Below the pieces are notes generated by a model, which was given only the letters and a program-made list of their open reading frames with translations, made no database searches and was not told the DNA's origin. Positions 9,701 through 17,759 of a stretch of DNA of 64,000 nt are shown piece after piece. The position numbers and the translations under genes were made by a program. Source of the stretch: Sphingobacteriales bacterium (GTDB lineage Bacteria; Bacteroidota; Bacteroidia; Chitinophagales; LD1); contig JADFDM010000015.1 in NCBI GenBank assembly GCA_018262795.1, forward strand, positions 9,253-73,252, read 5' to 3'. Every line of letters begins with the position of its first letter. Position 1 is the first letter of the stretch.

Positions 9701-11653
9701 TGCGGTGCTCACGGCAATACTATTAGTGGTATCTCCATTACTCCAAAGAATGTTGGTATAGCTACTTTGAGCCACTTGCAGCGTAGCTTGGCTACCGGTG
9801 CAAAATCCAGTTCCGGGTAAAGTAGGATTCACGGGAACGAGAAACTGTATGTTGATGGTGTCAGATGAATAAGTGCACTGCCCTGTAGTTACCGTGACGG
9901 AAAAATCACCATTAGAACTGACACTGATAGTGGCGGTGGTATCTCCTGTTGACCATAGATAAGAGTCAAATGTTCCTCCCGATACTCCTAAAGTGTAAGG
10001 GCTATTTTCCGGGCAAACCTTCACATCCGGGCCTAACGAAAACTGTAAGTTAGTAGCTACATCTATGGTATGACTTGCCGATGCAGAGCATCCTGCTGCA
10101 TCTGAAATCGTCACGGTATAGTTCGTGGTCACAGTGGGGCTGGTGGTTACATATTCATTGGTTGGATTAGAAACCTGACCTGCCGGAGACCACTGATAGG
10201 TGAGTGGAGATACCCCATAATCATTCTTCGCAACCAGTGTGTCCATAGTCCCCGGGCAAACGGTGGCATTGTGAATGGATAATATCTCCGCATTTAAAGA
10301 GTCGGCATTTATATAGACAGACCTATTAGTGACACAAGTGCCGAAGGTAATGTTGGCGGTGTAATTAATATTAGATGTAATAGTAGCGACCGGATTAGCG
10401 ATGTTAGGATTAGATAATCCTGTAGTGGGTGTCCACGAATAAGTACCGCCACCTGTTGCTGTCAACTGAACTTGTTGTCCTAAACAAGCGGTTGAAGTTG
10501 AAGCATAAGCGGTATCAGCCGGTGGCTCATTAATATTTATAGTGGCGCTATCTACCGGTAAGCCGGAGCACGGATCATATATTGTAAGAGTGACCGTTTC
10601 AGTGCCTTCAGGAAGATTATCAGTTAATGGATCTACATAAACCAAAGCAGTACTTCCACCCGGATTCACATAAGCAGTACCGGAAAGTGGCGGATAATCT
10701 ACCCCGTTCGTAGCAGTTCCGCTGACGGTATAATTAATAGCTGTTGAACTCGTGGCAAGGCTAGGAACAGAAATAGTAAAGCCTCCGCCTACACAACCTT
10801 CAAAAGTGCTGGTAAAGCCAGGATCAAAAAAAGTGGTCACACTAGATGCCTGTGAAACAAATGAATTTGCCTCTAAAAATACTCCTGAATCAAAAACCCC
10901 ATCTGATACATCCGCAATGGCCAACTTTAAATGGTATGTCTGACAAGGCACCACAGATATGTGTGAGTTGAATACCGTAGTATAGCCATCATACACAATA
11001 AAACCACCGTTAGTATTGCTTATATAATATTGAGAGTACGCTAAAGAATTACATCCACTAGAGGAGTACCCTCCCCCCGGCTGGCCCGAATTCACTGCGT
11101 TGATTGCAACCGATAAACTGGAGTTAGGGATCAGAGCAATGTTTGAATTTGAGTAATTTCCTCCTCCGGGATTGGGCCCGGAGATAAAAAATCCAAACAC
11201 ATCATTATATTGTGAACAGACATACTCGGGGTACTCTTCCGAACCAAATACATACCTAAAATCCAAGACATTACCTTGCACCACAAAATCAAATTGAAGC
11301 ACCGAAGCATCCCGCGTAGGTGCTGAGGCGATCCCATTTAAGGTAGCATCTCCGGCTCCGGAATAATCTGTACTTGCAAATGCTGAACCGCCTTGTGGAA
11401 TAGAAGCTACGTTACCGGTGGATAAAACCACGCCTGAGTTGAAACCTAAATTAGCGGAATTTCCATTCGTAAAAGTTCCCGATTGGTTAGCGTTACCGGA
11501 GATCGTAGCATTGCTAATGGTAACACCACTTCCCACCAATGACTGTGCTATAGTAAGAGCATTATTGCTTTGTGTAACGCTTAACTGTGCAAAAACAGAA
11601 CCTGAAACACAAAAGGATAGGAGGATGAGAGAAAACAGTACCTTTTTAGTCAT
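6725..11653 (-). CDS. Giant adhesin-like protein: choice-of-anchor-L domain, long Ig-like repeat array, T9SS type-B sorting domain
   Basis: It has a signal peptide. The N-terminal VLQFDFVVQGNVLDFRYVFGSEEYPEYVCSQYNDVFGFFISGP matches my recollection of choice-of-anchor L. More than 15 Cys-containing ~71-aa modules follow. The C-terminus is PNAFTPNGDGKNDNFYP...FRIYDRWGAMIH...GSFTLLR. Confidence 0.85.
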   Translation of the reverse strand: MTKKVLFSLILLSFCVSGSVFAQLSVTQSNNALTIAQSLVGSGVTISNATISGNANQSGTFTNGNSANLGFNSGVVLSTGNVASIPQGGSAFASTDYSGAGDATLNGIASAPTRDASVLQFDFVVQGNVLDFRYVFGSEEYPEYVCSQYNDVFGFFISGPNPGGGNYSNSNIALIPNSSLSVAINAVNSGQPGGGYSSSGCNSLAYSQYYISNTNGGFIVYDGYTTVFNSHISVVPCQTYHLKLAIADVSDGVFDSGVFLEANSFVSQASSVTTFFDPGFTSTFEGCVGGGFTISVPSLATSSTAINYTVSGTATNGVDYPPLSGTAYVNPGGSTALVYVDPLTDNLPEGTETVTLTIYDPCSGLPVDSATININEPPADTAYASTSTACLGQQVQLTATGGGTYSWTPTTGLSNPNIANPVATITSNINYTANITFGTCVTNRSVYINADSLNAEILSIHNATVCPGTMDTLVAKNDYGVSPLTYQWSPAGQVSNPTNEYVTTSPTVTTNYTVTISDAAGCSASASHTIDVATNLQFSLGPDVKVCPENSPYTLGVSGGTFDSYLWSTGDTTATISVSSNGDFSVTVTTGQCTYSSDTINIQFLVPVNPTLPGTGFCTGSQATLQVAQSSYTNILWSNGDTTNSIAVSTAGDYYYSANDADGCYIHSDTATIVENQVPVVNATASPDTICPGSSSTLSSGAPAGLSYQWSTNETTSSITVTAAGTYYLTVSNAVCASYDTVSVYEYPNPQPTVAADTTVCNGEPVSFSLTNGPFQTYNWSNGDSAVTSITVTSAGTYNVTVNDGVCDWTSNDVHLNNFPTPIPTLSDTGACLGNNVILFAENGLVNILWNTLDTTIAVVVSNNGTFYYTAADVNGCPVNSDTATVTFQAPPTVNATASLDSICPGSSSVLTANGVGSNLSYSWTPTGDTSSAITVTQGGTYIVEVNDFFCPAFDTIEIYEYQFPPVNLPTSDTVCAGESQILTPSGGPYISYIWSDGNSASSDTVLLPGSYTVTVNNGTCDLVSNTYTLANYPDSHPHLADAGACQGNVIVLSAVSNLSGIIWNTGSQTDTIQVAISGDYYYTGMDQHQCNVVSDTATVTFSTALAVNVTASPDTICQGSSSTLTANAQGNNLTYIWQPGGDTTASITVSQTGTYYVTVDDGACPGNDSITIYQYQPVQVLLNNDTTVCPGSSVTVAPNGSFVTYTWNTGATTSTISVNTAGAYWVTVNDGHCDYVSDTFSLSNLQVSSVFAYSDTNVCAGQPVILHGDVNYTNYGWSNSQTGVSITVTTPGTYSYTATDANGCQVKSDTATVANRPYPTANIVATPEVICVNQGATTLNAGSETGVNYTWQPTGANTPTIQVSQAGTYTVAADLNGCISYDTLTVNVADSPVLNMDPFVLSCCVAVTLDPAPGKGYTYVWSDSSTNSTLTVNSTNNASEIYSVTATSADGCTATAFTTVLIKCINAVATTLPDTIMMGDTAQLNVVTDYNTNFSYNWTPTSSLNDPTVQNPMAVPTDETHYTVVVTDISDECVDTAEVTVFVLYGDKIAMPNAFTPNGDGKNDNFYPVLLGEYQQVVEFRIYDRWGAMIHNGTEPWDGSFNGKGQPADTYVYYIIVRVPDPQNMGSTKNIKLNGSFTLLR
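7484..9841 (-). repeat. Intragenic super-repeat: 214-aa (642-nt) unit of three Ig-like modules, about 3.6 copies
   Basis: The module-A anchor motifs TLPGTGFCTG, TLSDTGACLG, HLADAGACQG and AYSDTNVCAG start at aa 611, 825, 1039 and 1253 of the 1642-aa protein. That is an exact 214-aa period. The B module (NATASPDxICPGSSS) and C module (DTxVCxGE..) alternate in register. Confidence 0.7.
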
Positions 11654-12100
11654 ATCTATATCAAAAATTTAAAGAGCGCGTAAAGATAAACGGAAATTGG
11701 ATTCAGCCTAAAAAAAATTAGAAAATCTTATTTCATATTTCAAACTTTATCCTTTCGTAGAAGAGGTGGCCAATTCCCATCAGACTTAAAGCCCGCTCAC
11801 GGAGAAAATACGGGGTATGCTTCCAAAATCAACAGCAGAATTGCCATGGAATGTAGCCTCAGCTAACCCATTGACTGCAACAGCCACAAAAAAAACAACG
11901 ATCAACTACTGTCCCTTTCTATTTTTATTCTGTTATACCACCTGAAGAGAAAGTCACAAGAAACCACATTCCTTCCCTGCTATACCCATTTGTGAAATTA
12001 AGGTTCCCCCTCTCTTTTCGCAGTACTGCTGATAGTGTTTGAAGTGTTTGCGGATACGATTCATCTACAAACTCCTCCTACTTTCAATTAAATTTACTGC

Positions 12101-12904
12101 ATGAAGCAATCAGAGCCGGGCATTCAACTCAACAAGTTTATCAGTTCATCGGGCTTTTGTTCGCGCAGAGAAGCAGACCGCTATATCGAGGATGCCCGTG
12201 TGACTATCAACGATGAGATTGCGATGCCCGGGGCACGTGTGCAGCCCGGGGAAGTAGTGGCAGTGGATGGAGAGCGCATAAAAGTGAGCCGGAAGCAAAG
12301 CCTATATATCGCACTGAATAAACCGATGGGCATTACTTCGACCACCGACTTGAATGACCGCAACAACATCATCCGTTTTATCAACCATCCCAAACGCATC
12401 TTTCCTATTGGTCGCTTAGACAAAGATTCTGAAGGGTTGATATTGCTGACCAATGACGGTGACATCGTGAACAAAATACTGCGAGCGGGGAACGATCACG
12501 AAAAGGAATACATCGTGACGGTGAACAAAGCCCTTACGCCCGAATTTGCAAAACGCATGGCAGGCGGCCTTCGCATATTGGGCACCAAAACAAAACCTTG
12601 CATGGTGAGGCAGATGGGACACCGCAGCTTTCGTATCATTCTCACTGAAGGTCTGAACCGACAAATTCGCAGAATGTGCGAGGTGCTCGATTACGAAGTG
12701 ATGAGTTTAAAACGGGTGCGGATAATGAATATCAAGCTGGGAAATCTGGCAGTGGGCAAATGGCGCAATTTATCGTTTGCTGAAACAGAGGCGCTGAACA
12801 AAATGCTTTCCGACTCGGTGAAAACACAAGAGGCTTCAACCAAAAGGAAGAACAAAACTTCCAAACTGCGGCCTTACCGCCAAGCAGATCCAAATCGTTC
12901 ATAA
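12101..12904 (+). CDS. rluF: 23S rRNA pseudouridine synthase, RluF type (S4 domain + RsuA/RluF catalytic domain)
   Basis: LNKFISSSGFCSRREADRYIE (S4 domain), FPIGRLDKDSEGLILLTNDG (catalytic Asp), RAGNDHEKEY and GLNRQIRRMCE are collinear with E. coli RluF as I recall it. Confidence 0.88.
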   Translation: MKQSEPGIQLNKFISSSGFCSRREADRYIEDARVTINDEIAMPGARVQPGEVVAVDGERIKVSRKQSLYIALNKPMGITSTTDLNDRNNIIRFINHPKRIFPIGRLDKDSEGLILLTNDGDIVNKILRAGNDHEKEYIVTVNKALTPEFAKRMAGGLRILGTKTKPCMVRQMGHRSFRIILTEGLNRQIRRMCEVLDYEVMSLKRVRIMNIKLGNLAVGKWRNLSFAETEALNKMLSDSVKTQEASTKRKNKTSKLRPYRQADPNRS

Positions 12905-13047
12905 AAAGTAGGAGAATCCAAAATCGGGCAACCGGCCACTCACAACAGGCAACTGATTTCGTTCCGTATAAACACACGTGGTGCAAAGGTTTTAGAAACA
13001 AGACGCGGCAGTAAGGTGCCAACTATTGATTCACTATGGCCTACCGG

Positions 13048-14241
13048 TTAAAGGTTATTAGCAGTTTTGCGCTTGAGTCTTTTTACAAATAGGTAGGTGA
13101 TAATCCATGCTGTGAAGGCGCAGATGGCAGCCAGGGTGAAACTGCCCACTACATATTGCAGAAAATTTTGGCCAATCATTTCGGGTTTTAGGTTTTCGTT
13201 AAAGCTCAAACTTAGGGTATTGCTGCCCATCCATATACGGCCGGTTTGGTAGCTGCCAAAAACGATAAAGGGAATCATGGGCGGCACACTGATGTTGGAG
13301 GCCAGGATGGCAAGAGCTTTGTTGAGGTGGAAAAGCCAAGCGAAGAAAAGGACGAACCAGATTTGCAAACCCCAGAAGGGGGTGATGCCGAAGAACACGC
13401 CTACGGCCATGCTCCATGCTTTGGTGGTGGGGGTTTCGTGGGAGCGAATGAGGTATTGCTCAAAGATATGTTCCCACTTTTTTTCTCGGAGTGAGCGGAT
13501 AAAGTTGCGGGGTTTTATCCAGGCAAAGGTCCAGAATACGAACACGGTGTTGAGTACGCTGATGCGCGAAAAATCTTGAAAGGGGCGAAAGTGCGAAATG
13601 CGCTCCTGGGCAGGTGGGTAATATACTTTGATGGGGACGGCCAGCACGTTTATCCCGCTCCATGCAGCCCGCACAATGACTTCAATTTCGAACTCGTATT
13701 TGCGGGTAAAAAAACGGAGATGGCTGAGTTGCTTAATGGGATAAAGACGATAGCCGGATTGGGTGTCGGGCAGCGAAATGCCGGTTTCTAATTCGAACCA
13801 AAAGTTAGAGAATTTATTGCCGAAGCTGCTTTTGCCGGGCACGGTGCGCTGCTGCATGTTGCGCGCACCAATCACGATGGCATTTTTGTGTTGCTCGAGC
13901 ATGGCGAGCATGGTGGGAAGGTCTTCGGCATAGTGTTGCCCATCGGTATCTAAGGTGATGGCGTAATCGTATCCATCTTGAACGGCAAACTGAAAGCCTT
14001 GCCGCAAAGCCCAACCCTTCCCTCGGTTAGGGGCATAGCTATATAGCTTTATCTGCGGAAACTGTGCGAGAATTTCGAGGGTGTTATCGGTAGAGCCATC
14101 ATTGACCACTACTACCTGATGGGTGTATTGAAGCACCTCGTTGATTACAGCAGCAATGGTGTGGCTGTTGTTATAGGTAGGAAGCAATACACAGCAGCGA
14201 AGACTTTTAAACTTTTGCGGGCATGCCGATTTATCGCTCAT
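13048..14241 (-). CDS. Family-2 glycosyltransferase fused to DUF2062-type membrane domain (last gene of polyene-lipid cluster)
   Basis: The N-terminus has CCVLLPTYNNSHTI...VVVVNDGSTDNT...TLDTDGQH (GT2 fold, DxD). The C-terminal ~150 aa hold 3-4 TM helices (AWSMAVGVFFGITPFWGLQIWFVLFFAWLF). Its start overlaps the upstream dehydratase gene by 11 nt. Confidence 0.8.
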   Translation of the reverse strand: MSDKSACPQKFKSLRCCVLLPTYNNSHTIAAVINEVLQYTHQVVVVNDGSTDNTLEILAQFPQIKLYSYAPNRGKGWALRQGFQFAVQDGYDYAITLDTDGQHYAEDLPTMLAMLEQHKNAIVIGARNMQQRTVPGKSSFGNKFSNFWFELETGISLPDTQSGYRLYPIKQLSHLRFFTRKYEFEIEVIVRAAWSGINVLAVPIKVYYPPAQERISHFRPFQDFSRISVLNTVFVFWTFAWIKPRNFIRSLREKKWEHIFEQYLIRSHETPTTKAWSMAVGVFFGITPFWGLQIWFVLFFAWLFHLNKALAILASNISVPPMIPFIVFGSYQTGRIWMGSNTLSLSFNENLKPEMIGQNFLQYVVGSFTLAAICAFTAWIITYLFVKRLKRKTANNL

Positions 14242-14599
14242 TGAAATATCCTTTGAACTTGAACACGATGAGGTGGTTCCAGTGATAGCTGGCGGTGACC
14301 TGTGTTAGGTGATCTTCCAGTTTTTCTAATTTGAGTTCCATTGAAATGGTATCGTCAGTAATTGGGTTTACTAAGTGCAGAAATTTGATGTAGCCGGTTC
14401 GCTTCAACTCATATTTAAGGGGAGAGAGTTCGTTGAGCACTTCTTCTACCATTTGAATTTGACAAACCCCCGGCACTACCGGATTGCCGGGAAAGTGGCC
14501 TTCAAAAATAGCGTGGGCAGGATTCAGTTTTACGGTAGCGCGAATGAGGTTGCCCTCTTGTGATGAAGTGGTGATATGGTAAAAATTTTCGATAAGCAT
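14231..14599 (-). CDS. FabZ-like 3-hydroxyacyl-ACP dehydratase (hotdog fold)
   Basis: A 122-aa protein with FEGHFPGNPVVPGVCQIQMVEE, which matches the FabZ/FabA active-site His region. Confidence 0.75.
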   Translation of the reverse strand: MLIENFYHITTSSQEGNLIRATVKLNPAHAIFEGHFPGNPVVPGVCQIQMVEEVLNELSPLKYELKRTGYIKFLHLVNPITDDTISMELKLEKLEDHLTQVTASYHWNHLIVFKFKGYFNER

Positions 14600-14652
14600 G
14601 GATAAATGTTAATGAATAAAAAGATGCGAGAGGAAGTGGAGTTCGGTGGGGT

Positions 14653-14901
14653 TCATTTTACTGCTTTTACATTTTCCCCTTCCAGATATAATGTGTCAGG
14701 ATCAAAGTCAATATTGTTTTGCCACACTACTGTTGCTAAATAGGCACGAGCGGTAGTAAATAATGTGATATCCTGCAGCTTTTTGAAAACACCTATTCCC
14801 AAATAAGGGGTTACGTCAAATATTTTTTCTTCGCCATTTTTAAAGAAAAGGGGAAGTTTAAAATCTTTCAACGGTTTTACTTTTTCAACTCTTGGGTTCA
14901 T
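14653..14901 (-). CDS. DUF2442-family small protein
   Basis: An 82-aa protein. The pattern V.KVKPLKDFKL.L.F.NGEE..FD..PYL......L.D...F matches my recollection of DUF2442. It sits directly downstream of a DUF4160-like gene, the usual pairing. Confidence 0.65.
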   Translation of the reverse strand: MNPRVEKVKPLKDFKLPLFFKNGEEKIFDVTPYLGIGVFKKLQDITLFTTARAYLATVVWQNNIDFDPDTLYLEGENVKAVK

Positions 14902-14940
14902 ATTTTTTTATTGAAGCGGATCAATCTTAAAAATTTCATT

Positions 14941-15178
14941 TCAGAACACGGCTAATTCCCAGTTGGCCATTAGCTCTTCTTGATGAATCTCAATCCATAG
15001 CTTTGACCAATTTTACTTTGCCGGGAGGAAGGCTACTTTCTAATGCATCTCCGTTGGGTATCCTGAATATCATTTCGTGTTCTCCGTACTTTACAGGTAT
15101 GTAAGGATAGTTATGCTGTTTCGTATCCAGGTAATACATCGTTACAATTAATCCGTAGAACATTGAAAGGACCGGCAT
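14941..15178 (-). pseudogene. DUF4160-family gene disrupted by a 1-nt frameshift
   Basis: The listed ORF (14990-15178) ends ...PPGKVKLVKAMD*. The family's expected C-terminus, (K/L)WIEIHQEELMANWELAVF*, continues in another frame from about 14997 down to a TGA at 14941-14943. The junction LVK-gcta-TGG carries one extra nucleotide. Confidence 0.65.
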
Positions 15179-15244
15179 TTGTTGTAATTTTTTTAAGCGG
15201 CATAAAGTTAACGCAGAATGTAATTCTACCTAATCCTTTTACTA

Positions 15245-15886
15245 CTACTTCACCGCAAAAAGGCTGTCCTGCACCGCCCCGTTGATTTGCTTGGCCGAAA
15301 ATAGCAACACGGTGTTATCGCCCGAAGCTTCGTTCATTTCTATGCGAGTAGCAGTAAAATCTTTTTTGTCGAGCACAATCACAATGGTGCTGATAAAATT
15401 GTGCAAGGTTTTAGAAACAGGAGTCAACTCCACTTTAATGAGTGCGTTGCTTTCATAAAACTTGGGGATAAAATCTTTGCCGGCAAACAAGCTGCCATTA
15501 ATAGAACCGATTATAATATTGTTGAGTTGCTGAAACACCTTGCTGCGGTGCATGTCCATCTGAGTCGTTTTCTTCTCGTCCTGCATCAGCATTTTACCGT
15601 TGTTCATCACTATCAAATTCTTTACCGGTTGCTGATATTCCAAACGCACTCTGCCTTCTCTCTTAAAATAAAATTTGCCTTTCGATACTGCTTTCTCTGC
15701 CAGCATACTCATATTTTTCTCCTGTGTAAAATCACAGACAATGCTTTCTATTTTCTGTGAAGAAGCGGTGAGTTCGCTGCGCAGTTCAGCAGCATCTTTC
15801 ACCGGTGTAAAATTTTGTGATTGCCCCTTACAAAAGGTCAGCACAAACAAACTGAGCCAAAGAAAGGGAATATGTTTTTTCATCAT
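15245..15886 (-). CDS. LolA-like outer-membrane lipoprotein carrier family protein
   Basis: It has a signal peptide. FTQEKNMSMLAEKAVSKGKFYFKREGRVRLEYQQPVKNLIVMNNGKMLMQD follows the LolA-family pattern. A LolA-like gene is a standard component of aryl-polyene clusters. Confidence 0.7.
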   Translation of the reverse strand: MMKKHIPFLWLSLFVLTFCKGQSQNFTPVKDAAELRSELTASSQKIESIVCDFTQEKNMSMLAEKAVSKGKFYFKREGRVRLEYQQPVKNLIVMNNGKMLMQDEKKTTQMDMHRSKVFQQLNNIIIGSINGSLFAGKDFIPKFYESNALIKVELTPVSKTLHNFISTIVIVLDKKDFTATRIEMNEASGDNTVLLFSAKQINGAVQDSLFAVK

Positions 15887-15901
15887 TTACAGCTATTGAA
15901 A

Positions 15902-16684
15902 TTAGGTGCGATAAGGTTCTACTCCAAACATTTTATTTAAGCTCACTATTTTGAACCCGCGATTTTTTACTTCGCGAATAAAGTCAGAAAGTATGCCAAT
16001 AGTGTGTTGCCCCCAGTCGTGAAATAATATCACATCCCCATTCTCTAGATTTTTAAGAGATTTTTGGAGTAACTTCTCTGCTGATTTAGCTCCGGTATCG
16101 TAAGTGCGCACGCTCCAGCCAATGCTGTGGTAATTGCACTGTTTAATCGCCTTTGCGACTGCGGGATTTATAACTCCATACGGTGGGCGAAAAAAAGTCG
16201 TTCGCTTTCCGCTTACTCGAAATATTTCTTTCTCACACTTTTTCAAGTCGGCCGTCATTCTCTTTTTTAGATGTAGCGAAAACCAAAAGTCGTGATAAAA
16301 ACTGTGGTTGCCGATAAGGTGTCCTTCGGCCAGCATTCGGGTGACAAGGTCTTCGTTGCCGGAAATATTTTTCCCGATAAGAAAAAAGGCAGCGGGTACA
16401 TTTTCCGACTTCAGAATATCCAGAACCGCAGGAGTAAACTCGCGCAGGGGGCCGTCATCGAAGGTGATGGCAATTTGTTTTTTATCCGCACTTCCTTTAC
16501 ACAGCGACACCATGAAATAGTTGAGCTGCATAAAGTAAACTCCCCAAGAAACGGTGAGCAGAAAGCAGATGCACCAGAGCAGGTAGCTGTACCAAGGCAG
16601 GTCGTATTTCCAGTCGGCATAGAATAGAATAAGTATTGCCGCTGCATAAAAGAGGCGAGTGTGCAGGTGCTTATACATTGGCAA
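15902..16684 (-). CDS. Membrane-anchored polysaccharide deacetylase (NodB homology domain)
   Basis: Two N-terminal TM helices are followed by IAITFDDGP and LIGNHSFYH, the NodB motifs. Confidence 0.8.
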   Translation of the reverse strand: MPMYKHLHTRLFYAAAILILFYADWKYDLPWYSYLLWCICFLLTVSWGVYFMQLNYFMVSLCKGSADKKQIAITFDDGPLREFTPAVLDILKSENVPAAFFLIGKNISGNEDLVTRMLAEGHLIGNHSFYHDFWFSLHLKKRMTADLKKCEKEIFRVSGKRTTFFRPPYGVINPAVAKAIKQCNYHSIGWSVRTYDTGAKSAEKLLQKSLKNLENGDVILFHDWGQHTIGILSDFIREVKNRGFKIVSLNKMFGVEPYRT

Positions 16685-17759
16685 ACAACATCAGGGAATG
16701 ATTCGCCTTTAGTGAATTGTAAATCAAAATATTTCGCGGTTCGCGATTTCTGTTTTCCAGATAAAGCACCTCCGGGATTGTTTGTGTTTTCATCATTTTT
16801 GCAGCCAGCCAAGTGGCAAAAGAAGTAGCGGTCATATACTCGCCACAGAGATGTTTAAATGCCAGAATACTTTGTTCGCTAAAAGTATCGTGTGTCAAAA
16901 TATTATTCAGTCGGTCTGCTTTTGCGTCTCCGCAATGGCCACTTAATACTATATCTATCTCTTTAGGGGATAACCCATTATCGGAAAGGAAACCGAGTAC
17001 CGTGCGTTTCAAATCATTGGCATCGGCAGGAGCAGGAAAAGTTTTACAGGCTTTGATGGTGCCATAAGTAGGGTCACTTTTCTGCTTGGCCAGCACGAAG
17101 AATGCAGCACCTTCTCCGGCAATGGTTCCGCAGTGACTTTCACTGAAAAGTTTCAGATTGCTGCAAGGCTCTGCACGCAGCATATCCATACGCATCATTG
17201 ATCGATAGCTGTGGTCGCTCACCTCATCATAAGCTCCCACCAGAATATTGTCAAAACCCTCTTTCCCTAAAAGAAGGGCATCGGTAATAACACTTTCAAA
17301 AGAAAAACCTCGATGAGCAAACGTGTTGTTGTGCGCATGGCAACCCACCATCAATGCAATGTTGGAGCTAACTGTATTGTGTGTGCTCTGAATGAAAGAG
17401 GTGGGGCTCACAATCGTTTCCTCCGAATCAATTACGCTGTTCAAAAACTTCTGCGAAATATCCATGAGGCCATAGCCTGTTCCGGTAGAAATAGCTCCCG
17501 GAGTTTCTACTCCTGCATCTTTTAGTGCAAGAATACCGGCAGTGACACCAAACTTGATGATGCGCCCCATTCTGCGCATAGAGCCGGCATCGAAAAATTT
17601 GGAGTAATCTACATCTATACAAAAAATCTTATTGCTGTGATATTCCTTCACTTCGGGTAGAAATACCGAAGTGTCGGAGGTGGGCTGGGGAGAAAGGCAA
17701 ACTGTTCCGTTGATGTAAAGCATGTTCAGTTTACTTTTGAAAAGATAAGCGATGAACAA
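16671..17759 (-). CDS. Ketosynthase-like protein lacking the nucleophilic Cys (chain-length-factor-type partner)
   Basis: It has a thiolase-fold length and pattern. The position of the KS Cys reads FIQSTHNTVSSNIAL, so there is no Cys. It overlaps the upstream KS gene by 34 nt. Confidence 0.65.
   Translation of the reverse strand: MFIAYLFKSKLNMLYINGTVCLSPQPTSDTSVFLPEVKEYHSNKIFCIDVDYSKFFDAGSMRRMGRIIKFGVTAGILALKDAGVETPGAISTGTGYGLMDISQKFLNSVIDSEETIVSPTSFIQSTHNTVSSNIALMVGCHAHNNTFAHRGFSFESVITDALLLGKEGFDNILVGAYDEVSDHSYRSMMRMDMLRAEPCSNLKLFSESHCGTIAGEGAAFFVLAKQKSDPTYGTIKACKTFPAPADANDLKRTVLGFLSDNGLSPKEIDIVLSGHCGDAKADRLNNILTHDTFSEQSILAFKHLCGEYMTATSFATWLAAKMMKTQTIPEVLYLENRNREPRNILIYNSLKANHSLMLFANV

Noticed and set aside
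14599-15245. Possible target-site duplication or terminal repeats flanking the DUF4160/DUF2442 insertion (ATAAATGTTAATGAAT against ATAAAGTTAACGCAGAAT).
   Set aside because: The similarity is short, AT-rich and gapped. It is not distinguishable from chance by eye, so no mobile-element boundaries are claimed.
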